DNA of 60,941 nt from a virus (Duplodnaviria > Caudoviricetes), in IMG/VR virus record IMGVR_UViG_3300017759_000004, positions 1 to 60,941 of that record. One strand, written 5' to 3'. The position numbers and the translations under genes were made by a program. This document shows positions 44,247 to 56,000 of this stretch, in pieces (position 1 is the stretch's first letter; each line of letters opens with the position of its first letter). The notes under the pieces are model-generated. The model had not been told where the DNA came from. It made no database searches and saw nothing but the letters and a program-made list of their open reading frames with translations.

Positions 44247-47200
44247 ATGGCAAGAACTGTCCCAGGGTCAGGTGCGAGTATTGAACCAATCTTTGATGAA
44301 GTTTTCGGTGTTCGTGCAGTAAAAGTTTTAAACGGAGGATCAGGTTATTTACAATCTGATCCACCTAGACTTACTGTGACTGGTTGTGGTACACCAACTG
44401 TAGAAGCATTATTATATCCAATCATCGATTCTGGTGGTCAGATAATCCATGTAAGAGTTTTAGAGAGGGGAAGTGGATATGATCCATTACGTTTACAGAT
44501 CATTCCAGAACAAGAAACACCTAACGTAGTAAATTCATTTGATTTTAATAGAATATGGCAGCGTCATCCTAACTCATTAACACAGGGAACGTTCGCTACA
44601 ACTGGTACACCACCAGTAACAACTGATAGATTAACTATCGTATCGGATAATCATCCCAAACCTTCACAGGTTTATGTAAATGAAAGACAGCCTGGAGGTT
44701 CTACAGATATTCTTGATAGAACTTTTAATCAAGAGTTTGTATTTCGTGGTGGTAAAGATGTCCCAAATCCAGGGACAAGAGAATTTCAAAACAATAAGGC
44801 AGTTGGTATATTAGCAAATGGTGGTCTATTACACACTGCTGATTGGGGTACAGCAGGTAATGCACCCACAAACTTACCGATTGATGTAATAAAATATGAT
44901 TATGTAAAAAATACAAGTGCATATGATACTATACTTGATAGTCAAGTACATTACTACCATACTAGCAAAACTATAGATGAGTTTAAAATTGGAAAGGGTG
45001 TATTTGAGTGGGGTCTATTAAGAGTATTCATTTGGAATATTAAAGTAGAATTTGATAATGTGATGTTACTTGTAGATCAGATTGATGAAACATTAGGTAA
45101 TATAGAAGTTGGTAGAATAGTAGATGAAATATCAGGAACTGGTCGTGGAACTATTGCAAAAATTGTTAGAAATAGTCTAGGAGTTATAACCAGAGTATAC
45201 TTGAGAGCAACAAGTGGTGCTGCTTTTCAAGATCAAGATTTATGTTTAGGTTCAAATGGATTTAAGTTTAGAGTGGCAAATACTCCTATTACTTTTCCTA
45301 ATGGTTTGTTTTATATCGACTTTGGTACTAATGCAAGTGAGTTTGGTTCTTTTGTATCAGGTCAATACTATCTTGCTCCAGAAGATATTAAAGTTCACCA
45401 GAATAATCTCATAATATGGAATCAATCAGATAGTTCAAATAGTCAAGGTAATGCACCACATCCTATGCGGTTCTCTACAACTGCAGATGGAACTTTAAAT
45501 GGTGGTACATTATATTACACAAGCACAGGATCATCAGGAAACGTTGTTGCAGATTACGAAAATAACTTGCAACCATGGTTCATCATGAATGGTGATGAGA
45601 CGCAGAAAATATATTATTATTGTGCTAATCACAGATATATGTCAGGATACGCAGGTGACGAAGGTTACATGCAACTTGATACTGCAACACAAACTGGAAC
45701 AGCAGGAGTTACTCCGAATACATATTATATCCAGGGTTATTATGGTACTGCAGCAGCAGGAACTTTAGATTACTCTAGATACGCAGATGGTCACTCCAGG
45801 ATCATTGGTATGTCCTTTGATGGATATCCAATATACGGACCATGGGGATATAATTCTTCTGGCGTTGCAGCAAGGGAAACTTCTAGTTATAGACTAAGAA
45901 ATACTGCTGAACTGCAAGGTGCCAGACCGATTGTAAACACTGCAGCAACAGAAACTTATACAGTTACCGTTGCAGGTGGTCAGTTTGCATTCAATGGATC
46001 ATCACCTGAGTTTTTAAATTTAAAAAGGGGAAGAACGTATATATTCAACCAAGACGACGCAAGTAACACAGGGTCGAATCATATACTTATATCAGCGCAA
46101 ACCGACGGTTGGCATTCAAGCAATCCAGTAGTTATTGGTCAGACATCTCTCTTGTATACGGGTCAAGGGATAACTTATCAGATTAATGGTAGTACAGTTA
46201 CATATCAACAGTATCTCAGTGGATTCAATGCTGCTTCTAGTCGGTCACTAACATTTACAGTTCCTGTAGATGCACCTTCCGTCCTATACCTTTTTGGATA
46301 TATTGCCTCTGGTTATGGTCTAAGACTTGTTAACGATGGTTATATTCTTGGAGACCTCACATCAGATTATATTTACGATTCTACTGTAGGAACTTTAGAT
46401 GAATATAATGGTAAGTTTGGTGTAACACCAGAGTATCCTAACGGAACTTATGCTTATTATATGACAGAGGATAGTAGTGGTAATCCCACATATCCTTATG
46501 CTATAGGTCCAAAATATTATGGTACTCCTATATTTGAAGGTGATACAGTCCCTGCACAACCATCAGTATTTCCATCATTAGCAAGTGGAGATGTTGTATT
46601 AGATGCGAACGGAGCAGTTGCGTATGTAAAAATGACCCTTAAGGGTGATAACTATTTCGGTCCTGCAAAATCAAAAATATTAGGTGGACAAGGAAGTGGT
46701 GCTTTAGGAACTCCTATAGTTCAGACTGTTACTGGTTTATCTCTACTCAATCAAGGTAGAAGTTATGCAACTCCTCCAACACTTATCTTTGAAGGTGGTG
46801 GTGGACAAGGTGCACAAGGTGCTGCTGAAATTGATACACTAGGTAAGGTCACATCTGTTAATATTGTAAATCCAGGTGAGTTCTATCAAGAAGAACCTTA
46901 CATTCTTGTATCAGGTGGTGGAGGTATAGGTGCAAAAGCACAAGCAACTATATCACAGGGTGCTATTACAGGCATTAATATTACCGATCCAGGTGAAGGA
47001 TATACTTCAGTACCTAATATCATATTCACAAAACTTGTAAATCTTAAACGTAAGACTAGAGCAAGACAGGCATTTAACTCATCAGCAATATATCTCACAG
47101 GTCTTGTAAAAGATGTTAGTGCAAATGATACTAACATATATGTTGACTCTACTGCAGCATATCCAGGATCAGGTCAAATAATAGTTAACAAGGAAACTAT

Positions 47201-48431
47201 CACATATACATCTAAAGCAACAGGTGTATTTGGTGGTATTACTAGAGGTGTTAATTTTAACTATGATCAAAGAGTTATATTAGATGGTAATCAAAACGAT
47301 TCTACTACTGGTGTATCAAACTATAAATTTAACGTTGGTGATAGAGTTATACGTCGTGTTGAAAGTGCAAACAACAAAGTTGCTAAAGTATATGACTGGA
47401 ATGCTGAAACTAGAGAACTTTTAGTTACATTTGAAGTTGATGAACTAGCATTTATTGATGGTGGTAGAGCAGCAACTGAAGATGCTATCGTACAGTTTGA
47501 TGGAGGTGTTGCAGCATCATCTGGATCTGGAATTTTACCACACGTTGTTATTGATTCAACAGGAAATAATATTATAACATTAACAGATCCTATTGGAACG
47601 ATAGTAGATAAAGCATTTAGAGATACTGACGAAAACGCAGGAGCAGGAGATGGTATAGCAGATCTAGTCAATACGTCAACTGATTATGCTAACCAAATTA
47701 GTCTTGATGGTGGTATATACAGTTCACTTTATGGTATTGAGGAGACTCAAGGTGGTACTAACACAACTCTATTCCAAGTTGGTGACAACATTAAAGATGG
47801 TGACATACCATTTAAGTATGCTACAGTTACTTCTGCAGGTGGATTGAGTGATGGTGTTGCACATACTGCTATCCTAGATATAACATTAGATATATCAGGT
47901 GGAACTGCTACAAATTATCAAACCAATGAGGTTGTAACTGGTTCAATTTCTGGAGTACAAGCAACTGTTGTTTCTTGGAATTCTCAAACTGGACTGTTAC
48001 AAGTTAAGGATATAGTCCCTTATAATACTAGTAATGTTAACATTGGTATTGGTGGATTGCTATATGAGTTCTCTCAAAATAGCAGTGTAGTTGACTTTAT
48101 CATTTCAAATCCTGGAACTAACTATACTGGAGTCCCAACAATAGCAATAGAAAATACAGGAGATATACAGGCAACTGGTACTGTAGTTATGACGACTGCA
48201 GGAGATCAAGTTGCTTCAATCACCATTAATAATGGAGGGTATGCAATCCCTCAAACGGTAGATGGCACCTACGCTTTACACCCAACTGTAACATTTACAA
48301 ATGCGAGTGGAGATACAACAGGTGCGAATGCTGCTGCACAAGCAGTATTAGGTGGAGAGAACCTTGTAGGTAATGGTGGAGCAACCTATAGGATAAAGAG
48401 CATTGCATATCTTACAACAGTTCGCTCGTAA
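44247..48431 (+). CDS. Large virion structural protein with YHYH-type and cupredoxin-like domains
   Basis: VGILANGGLL...HYYH...HSRIIG.SFDGYPIYGPWG...LDEYNG...TPEYPNGTYAYY...YPY; Gly-rich GGGG.GA repeats. Confidence 0.8.
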   Translation: MARTVPGSGASIEPIFDEVFGVRAVKVLNGGSGYLQSDPPRLTVTGCGTPTVEALLYPIIDSGGQIIHVRVLERGSGYDPLRLQIIPEQETPNVVNSFDFNRIWQRHPNSLTQGTFATTGTPPVTTDRLTIVSDNHPKPSQVYVNERQPGGSTDILDRTFNQEFVFRGGKDVPNPGTREFQNNKAVGILANGGLLHTADWGTAGNAPTNLPIDVIKYDYVKNTSAYDTILDSQVHYYHTSKTIDEFKIGKGVFEWGLLRVFIWNIKVEFDNVMLLVDQIDETLGNIEVGRIVDEISGTGRGTIAKIVRNSLGVITRVYLRATSGAAFQDQDLCLGSNGFKFRVANTPITFPNGLFYIDFGTNASEFGSFVSGQYYLAPEDIKVHQNNLIIWNQSDSSNSQGNAPHPMRFSTTADGTLNGGTLYYTSTGSSGNVVADYENNLQPWFIMNGDETQKIYYYCANHRYMSGYAGDEGYMQLDTATQTGTAGVTPNTYYIQGYYGTAAAGTLDYSRYADGHSRIIGMSFDGYPIYGPWGYNSSGVAARETSSYRLRNTAELQGARPIVNTAATETYTVTVAGGQFAFNGSSPEFLNLKRGRTYIFNQDDASNTGSNHILISAQTDGWHSSNPVVIGQTSLLYTGQGITYQINGSTVTYQQYLSGFNAASSRSLTFTVPVDAPSVLYLFGYIASGYGLRLVNDGYILGDLTSDYIYDSTVGTLDEYNGKFGVTPEYPNGTYAYYMTEDSSGNPTYPYAIGPKYYGTPIFEGDTVPAQPSVFPSLASGDVVLDANGAVAYVKMTLKGDNYFGPAKSKILGGQGSGALGTPIVQTVTGLSLLNQGRSYATPPTLIFEGGGGQGAQGAAEIDTLGKVTSVNIVNPGEFYQEEPYILVSGGGGIGAKAQATISQGAITGINITDPGEGYTSVPNIIFTKLVNLKRKTRARQAFNSSAIYLTGLVKDVSANDTNIYVDSTAAYPGSGQIIVNKETITYTSKATGVFGGITRGVNFNYDQRVILDGNQNDSTTGVSNYKFNVGDRVIRRVESANNKVAKVYDWNAETRELLVTFEVDELAFIDGGRAATEDAIVQFDGGVAASSGSGILPHVVIDSTGNNIITLTDPIGTIVDKAFRDTDENAGAGDGIADLVNTSTDYANQISLDGGIYSSLYGIEETQGGTNTTLFQVGDNIKDGDIPFKYATVTSAGGLSDGVAHTAILDITLDISGGTATNYQTNEVVTGSISGVQATVVSWNSQTGLLQVKDIVPYNTSNVNIGIGGLLYEFSQNSSVVDFIISNPGTNYTGVPTIAIENTGDIQATGTVVMTTAGDQVASITINNGGYAIPQTVDGTYALHPTVTFTNASGDTTGANAAAQAVLGGENLVGNGGATYRIKSIAYLTTVRS

Positions 48432-48436
48432 CTACG

Positions 48437-48443
48437 ATAAATA
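48437..48443 (+). promoter_or_regulatory. Late promoter
   Basis: ATAAATA upstream of the AGGAGG SD of gp8. Confidence 0.7.
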
Positions 48444-48468
48444 AACAGGAGGACAATAGTATCCGCAA

Positions 48469-50001
48469 ATGGCAGCCCTATTAACAGACCAGTTTAGAAT
48501 TTTTTCTGCGAAAAAGTTTATTAAAGCATTAGAAGGTCCTGACTCAACTCAATCTGACACAGTAGCAGGTACAACGAGAGATCGTTTGTATCTGTTTATT
48601 GGAAGACCACAACCGTGGGATAATGAAAACTCACCGCCTCAAGCGGTGGACTCATTCTCTGAGTTCTCAGGTTCTTATGACGACATGGTATCGATGAAGC
48701 GAGTACTTGCTTCTGATACCGTGCAAGTTTGTCGTAGAATTGACTGGATATCCCCAGAACAAACTACTGGTGGACTTGGTTTCACTTACGATATGTACAG
48801 ACATGATTATAGTCCATCCAAAACTGCTGCCTCTGGTGCGACTAAACTTTATGATTCTGACTTCTATGTTGTAAACTCCCAATATCAAGTATACAAATGC
48901 ATCTATAATGGAACATCTCCGTCCGATCCAAATGGTAAACCTAGCACTGTCGAGCCTACTGGTACTAGCACTAGCATCATCACTACTGGTGATGGGTATC
49001 GTTGGAAGTACATGTACACTATTCCAGTTGCAAGCGTTCTTAAGTTTTTCTCAAACGATTACATGCCCGTCTTTACCAACACTGCTGTTCAAACAAACGC
49101 AGTCTCAGGTGAAGTCGATACTGTTGTTATTAACGCTGCAGGGTCTGGTTACAACAATGGAACCTATGATAATGTAGCGATCAACGGTGATGGAACTGGT
49201 GGTCGTGTATCAATCGTTGTAGATGGTGGTAAAGTTATCTCTGCTACTGTTACATCTGGTGGTACTGGATATACATTTGGTAAAATCACTATCGATAACA
49301 TTACTGGTATTGGTACTGGTAGTGGTGGACAAGTTGACGTAATCCTTCCCCCTCCTGGTGGACACGGTTTTGGTGCTGTTACTGAAATTGGTGCATTTAG
49401 GGTAATGATCAATGCTAAACTCTCATACGATGAGGGTGCAGGTGACTTCCCTGTTGATAACGATTACCGTCGTATTGGTTTGATTACAAACCCACTTAAA
49501 TTTGGTACATCAGAACTTATCTCTGACTTGACGATATCCTCTGCTAAAGCGGTTATCTTCTCTCCTACATTCCAAGGTAACTACGTTCCTGATGAAATTA
49601 TTACACAATCACGAGTCGTTGGTGGTACAACAGTTACTGCTAGAGGTCGTGTTATATCATGGAATGCTACAACTAAAGTTCTAAAATATTATCAGAACTC
49701 TGTTGACGGTATATTCCCAGAAGTTACTGGTACACAGAATGAGTTTGATGGTTCTAACGTAGTCAGTGGGGCAACCTCTGGTGCTGCGGGACAACCTGAT
49801 GTAAACTTCCCTGCTGTTCCAAACTCATCTTCTAGAACTATTAACAACACTGAATATGACTTAGGTATGAAGTTCAATAATGGGTATGCAAAACCCGAAG
49901 TTGCTTCAAACTCTGGTGACGTTGTGTACATAGATAATAGGAGATCAATCAGTCGTGCGAACGACCAAGTAGAAGATATTAAAATCGTAATCGAGTTCTA
50001 A
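48469..50001 (+). CDS. gp8: Baseplate wedge subunit gp8
   Basis: MAALLTDQFRI, YLFIGRPQPW, VYKCIYN, DGYRWKYMYTI, NDYRRIGLITNP, YIDNR..I.RA..Q.EDIKIVIEF. Confidence 0.93.
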   Translation: MAALLTDQFRIFSAKKFIKALEGPDSTQSDTVAGTTRDRLYLFIGRPQPWDNENSPPQAVDSFSEFSGSYDDMVSMKRVLASDTVQVCRRIDWISPEQTTGGLGFTYDMYRHDYSPSKTAASGATKLYDSDFYVVNSQYQVYKCIYNGTSPSDPNGKPSTVEPTGTSTSIITTGDGYRWKYMYTIPVASVLKFFSNDYMPVFTNTAVQTNAVSGEVDTVVINAAGSGYNNGTYDNVAINGDGTGGRVSIVVDGGKVISATVTSGGTGYTFGKITIDNITGIGTGSGGQVDVILPPPGGHGFGAVTEIGAFRVMINAKLSYDEGAGDFPVDNDYRRIGLITNPLKFGTSELISDLTISSAKAVIFSPTFQGNYVPDEIITQSRVVGGTTVTARGRVISWNATTKVLKYYQNSVDGIFPEVTGTQNEFDGSNVVSGATSGAAGQPDVNFPAVPNSSSRTINNTEYDLGMKFNNGYAKPEVASNSGDVVYIDNRRSISRANDQVEDIKIVIEF

Positions 50002-53000
50002 TGGCACAAAACACCAATCTAAACGTCACCCCATATTACGACGACTTTGATAAAACGAAAAACTTTTATCGAGTGCTATTTCGTCCTGGATTTCCAATCC
50101 AAGCGAGAGAACTTACTACCATGCAGTCTATACTGCAGAATCAGGTAGAGAACGTCGGATCACATCTATTCAAAGATGGATCAATGGTTATTCCAGGTCA
50201 GATAGGATATGATCTAAATGTCGATGCTATCCAGTTACAAGAGTCATTCTTAGGTGCCGATGTAGAGAATTATCGTACACAGTTGACTGGTAAAATTATT
50301 GAGGGTCTTACATCTGGTGTAAAAGCAAAAGTATTATTCAGTATATCTGCAACAGAATCATCAAAAGGTTATATCACATTATATGTTAAGTATATTGAGT
50401 CTGGTGGTACAGGAAACACTCAGTCTACTTTTTCTAACAACGAACAGTTAATAACAGATACAGAAATAACATTTGGTACAACTTTGATTGAAGTTGGATC
50501 ACCATTTACTCAACTACTTCCCACATCTGCTTTACAAGTTGGATCAGTAGCATACATACAAGATGGTGTATTTTTCATCAGAGGTTTCTTTGTTGATGTA
50601 GCATACCAGTATTTACTATTAGATCAGTATGGAAGCAACCCCTCCTATCGTATCGGACTTGACATACAAGAATCAATTATCACTCCAGAGGATGACTTAT
50701 CCCTCAATGATAATGCTGCAGGAACATCTAACTATGCTGCTCCTGGTTCTCATAGATTTAGAATCACAACAAGATTAGTTAAGAAACTACTTACAGATGA
50801 TGCTGATAAAGATTTCCTAGAACTATTAAGAATCAACAACAGTAAAGTTGAAAAACTTGTTGATAGAAGTGCATATGATGAACTAGAAAGATCATTAGCA
50901 AGTAGAACTTTTGAAGAGTCTGGTGATTATGTTGTAAAAGATTTTGCTATTACAACTAGAGAGAACCTTGATGATGGATTTAATAACGGTGTATATGCAG
51001 CAAGTAGTACAACTGCAACTGGTAATACTGCTGCAGAAAGATTGTATGCCATGGAGTTTGGACCTGGAACTGCATACGTTAGAGGATATAGAGTTAAAAC
51101 ATTATCGCCAACATATGTTGACTTAGACAAACCAAGAGATACACAATCAGCACAGAACACTATCATACCATTTGAAATGGGTAATGATGTTGTTGTAACA
51201 AATGTCTACGGTTTTCCTAATGCAACTGGATCTACATTATCAAACGCATATCAAACTATTGAACTGAGAGATGACTTTACATCTTCTGGTGGTACTGGTG
51301 CGGGGAATGTTGTAGGTTTCGCAAGACTTGCTACTATGGAGCATACTTCTGATGGTGACAATACAACCTTTGGTGATGCTGATGACACATATAAAATGAA
51401 TCTATTTGATGTACAGATGTTTACTGTCATCGAATTAGCAACTGCACAGACTATAGACCTAGGATCACTATTAGTTGGTGCTACATCTGGTGCGAGAGGA
51501 TACCTTGTAAATGCTTTGAGTGCTGCTGATCACGCCACATTATATGGTGTAGAAGGTACATTTGCTGTCGGTGAAATGATAACAGTTGATGGTTTAAACA
51601 AAGATACTATTGAGGTTGTACATTCATATAATTTCTCAGATACAAGACAACTTTTAGCAAGAGATGAAAGTTCAAATGCTGTAGAATTTACTTCTGATAT
51701 CATACTCAATGATAATATAGGGGTTCAAGGTTCACAGTTTACTTATGATGCTACAGGTAGTGCTGAAAAGATTACTGGTTTACAATCAAACTTTGCTTTA
51801 GATTTAAAACCTGGAGACAAAATATTATTCAACACAACTAAATTTGTTACTGTAGATAAAGTTAACCCTGCTGCTTTGACTGGTAGTCAAAACTCTACTA
51901 TCTTTGATTATGCTGCACAAACAGTAAATGTAACCCCTGGTGCAGGTAGTGCTGCTCCTACTGCAGGAGATTATCCTGCTCTACTAAGACAACGTGCTAA
52001 GTTAAACAATATTGATAATGCCGATCTTCTTAGTGCAATGCCTAAGAAATATATTAAGAGTATATCTGACGAATCTATGATCGTTAGAAGAACATTTGAT
52101 GCTAGATCAGTTGCTTCAAACTCAATATCAATTACTCTACCTGCTAATGAACAGTTCCAATCCATCTCCGATGAGAACTATACAATCACAGTTCTTGCAG
52201 GTTCAAACTCTACTCACCCAGTTGGTGATCAGATCACTATCAATACTACCTCTAGTAGTGCTATTGGTTATACCACGTTCACCTCTGCTGATAGAACTAC
52301 TATCCAGATTGAAAACTTAACAAGTATTACTTCTGTTAAAGTTACTGCGACAATATCTAAGAACGTTACAACTAAGAAAACAAAAGCAGGACAACAGATG
52401 TTTGTTATCAAGGTTAACAAAACAATCGAGAACCTTGACAAGCAAAACTATGGTTTAGTATATTCAAACTTATATGGAACTAGAGTACAAGATAGAGACC
52501 TGTCTCTTGGTCTCGTAGACTCTTATAGATTACATGCTGTATATGAATCTAATGATGATAATGATCCAATCATACCTAGTGTAACATTAGTAGAACCAAC
52601 TTTCTTTGCTACAGGAACTATCGTAACTGGTAGAACTTCTGGTGCAAGAGCAAAGGTTGTTGCATTTAGTTCTGGTACCTTAAAATTAAGTCTAGTTTAC
52701 ATTAGCGGTGCACTACAAGCAGGTGAAACTATTGATGGATTTGATAGTGCAAATACTGCAATCAATGCTATTATTAATGACTCTGCAGGATCTGTTATTG
52801 TAGGATCAAAAGTTATTACAGATAACTACTTCCTAGAAGTTGCACAAACAAACTTCATGTACGATCAGTCAAGAATTGTGCGTAAGAAAGGCGTATCAAC
52901 ACCTATCAGAAAAGTATTAATGGTTGTTGATTACTACACTCACTCTGCAACTGGTGATTATTTCGGTGGTCAATCATATCTCGATACAACTTATAATGAT

Positions 53001-56000
53001 ATTCCATTCTTCGGTACAAAATATCTTGCCGATTATCTAGACTTTAGACCTTCATCTAAGAATCTTTATAGTGGAACTGGTACAGTAGCATCTCCTGCAT
53101 ATGTTAACTGTTCAACATTTGACTTTAAGTCAAGAGTATTCAATGTATCTGGATCTCCAAATGCTACTATATTTGATGTTCCAAAACTTAATAGTAACTT
53201 CCGAGCAGACTTTGACTGGTATCTACCTAGAATTGATAAAGCATTCTTAACACCTGCAGGTGAGTTCCAAATAGTTAAAGGTAAATCATCTGAGTCACCT
53301 CAAGAACCTGATGATCTAAAAGATGGTATGCTTCTAGCAACCATGTCACATAAACCATATGGTTTTGATGCAGAAACTGATGTAGTTATTACTAGATCGG
53401 ATAATAAACGCTATACCATGAGAGATATTGGTGGTCTTGAACGTAGATTAGATCAAGTTGAGTATTATACATCACTTAATATGCTTGAGGCTGATACTTT
53501 CAATACTAAAATTATTGATGTTGATGGTAAAGATAGACTTAAGAATGGATTTATTGTTGATGATTTCTCTGATCATAGTAAATCTCAGACATCACATGAA
53601 GATTTTGCTGCTGCATTATCATTTTCAGACGGTCAGTGTCATCCTTCACACTATACAACTAACGTTGCATTACAAGTTAATACAACAGTATCTCAAAACT
53701 ATCAGCAAACGGGTCCTTGTATAACTCTGCCATACACTGAGTTGACTATTATTGAACAACCATATGCTTCTAGAGTTGAGAACATTAACCCATTCAACGT
53801 ATTTACTTACATTGGACGTGTTGATTTAACTCCTGCATCTGATGACTGGTTAGAAACACAACGTTTACCTGCACAGGTACAACAAGTAGAAGGTGATTTC
53901 CAAGCAGTATCATCAGAACTTCGTGTTGACCAAAATGGTTTTGCTCCTATCCAATGGGGTGCATGGAGAGATCAGTGGACAACATCTAGAACTGTTGCAA
54001 GTACAACTACAAGAAATAATTTCTGGTTAGCAGAAGATATCGGTAGATCACCTAGACCTGATGTATGGAGTGGTCGTGGTATGAGACGTGTTAATAGAGA
54101 AGAAACTATTGCTACTACAGTTAGACAAAGAAGAACTGGTATTAGATCTAGAGTTATCCCTAGAATTGATAGACAGTCACTAGGAGATAGTATTATATCT
54201 GCTACACAGATTCCATGGATCAGATCTAGAAACGTTAAAGTTAATGTTGAAAGACTAAAACCAAGAACTCGTTTCTACGGATTCTTTGATGGTAGAAAAG
54301 TTAGTGATTATATGACACCAAAATTAGTTGAACTGATTAAGAACCCTGCTACAGATGCTCGTACAAACTCTACTCCATTCATCCCAGGAGAGACTGTGAG
54401 AGGTCAAACTAGTGGTTGTGTTCTAAAGGTAGCAGCACCTAATGATTTGTATAACTTTAACCCATATGATGATACAGCAATGCCTACATCATATGCTTCT
54501 ACTACAGCATTCGTAAACATCAATACTGATGATCTTGCTGCACAGGCAGTTGGTTCATTCTACGGTAATGTGATTGTTGGTGAAGTATTGGTTGCTGATT
54601 CTGGTGCTAGAGCAGTTGTTAAAGATCGTAGATTAATCTCTGACAGATTTGGTAAGATGGGAGCATCATTCTTTATTCCTCCTTCTGCTGTAGACACCAA
54701 TCCACGTTGGGCAACTGGAACTAGAACTCTTAGATTCTCAACATCTGATAGTGATTCTAGAATAGGTGGTGCAGTAGCATCATCTGCTGAAGCAGAATAT
54801 GAAGCAAGAGGTACATTGAACAGAGTTCGTGAAAACATCCTTGCTGTTAGAAACGCTGAAGTTGTTCGTGATACAACTACACAAGAAAGAAACTTCAATA
54901 CAATCAGAACTGAGACAAGACAGGTTGGTTGGTATGACCCTCTTGCACAGTCATTTATTACTGACGAAGAAGGTGGTGTATTCTTAACTTCTGTTGAAGT
55001 ATACTTTAAAACTAAAGACGCAAACATTCCTGTTTCTATGCAGGTCAGAACAATGGAAAATGGATATCCTACAACAAGTATCCTACCATTCTCTGATGTA
55101 ACTCTTGAACCATCTGTTATTCAGTTATCTGAAACTGCTGCTGTTGCGACTAAATTTACATTTAAAGCACCTGTTTATATCCCACAATCTATAGAACATT
55201 GTTTTGTTCTCCTATCTGACTCCAATACATACACGGTTTGGATATCTAGAATGGGTGAGGTTGATATTACTGGTGACAGAACTATATCTGAGCAACCATA
55301 TGCAGGTGTTCTATTCAAATCACAGAACGCATCTACTTGGACTGCTGATCAGTATGAAGATCTTAAGTTTAAAGTTAATAGAGCAGAGTTTAATACTGGT
55401 GCTAGTTCTATAGTAACGTTAAATAATGCTCCTCTTGATATTGGTAATGGTGGTAAGTTAACCCTTGCATCAGATCCAGTACAAACATTCTTACCAGAAC
55501 AAGATTTACTTCTAAACTCAACTTCTCTACCTTATACAGTTGGAGCGAGAATATATCAGAAGACAACTCTTGCACAAGGTACTATTGCTAAGAGAACTGA
55601 TAATGCAGGTGGTGTAATATTAACAGTAAAAGATATCACTGGATCATTCCAAGCAGGTTCTAATACTGGTGGTGTTATTACTCAAAGAATTGTTTCATCT
55701 AAAACTACTGCAACTATGGTTGTTAGTGGTGCATCTGGTGACTTTACTGTCGGTGAGACAATCACAGGTAACTCAGCAACAACTCCTACTGCTGAAGTTG
55801 TAACATGGACTGCAGGATCAAATACATTAACATTGAGATATGTCTCTACTGAGTTTACTCCCTCTAGTGAAACAATCACTGGTGGAACATCAACTGTTAC
55901 TGCAACTGTAAGTTCTATAACTTATGCAGGTGACGCTGTTGAAGCAAGTGCAATATCTGACGCATACCCAACTGCAACTCCAACATTCTCAGCAACACAA

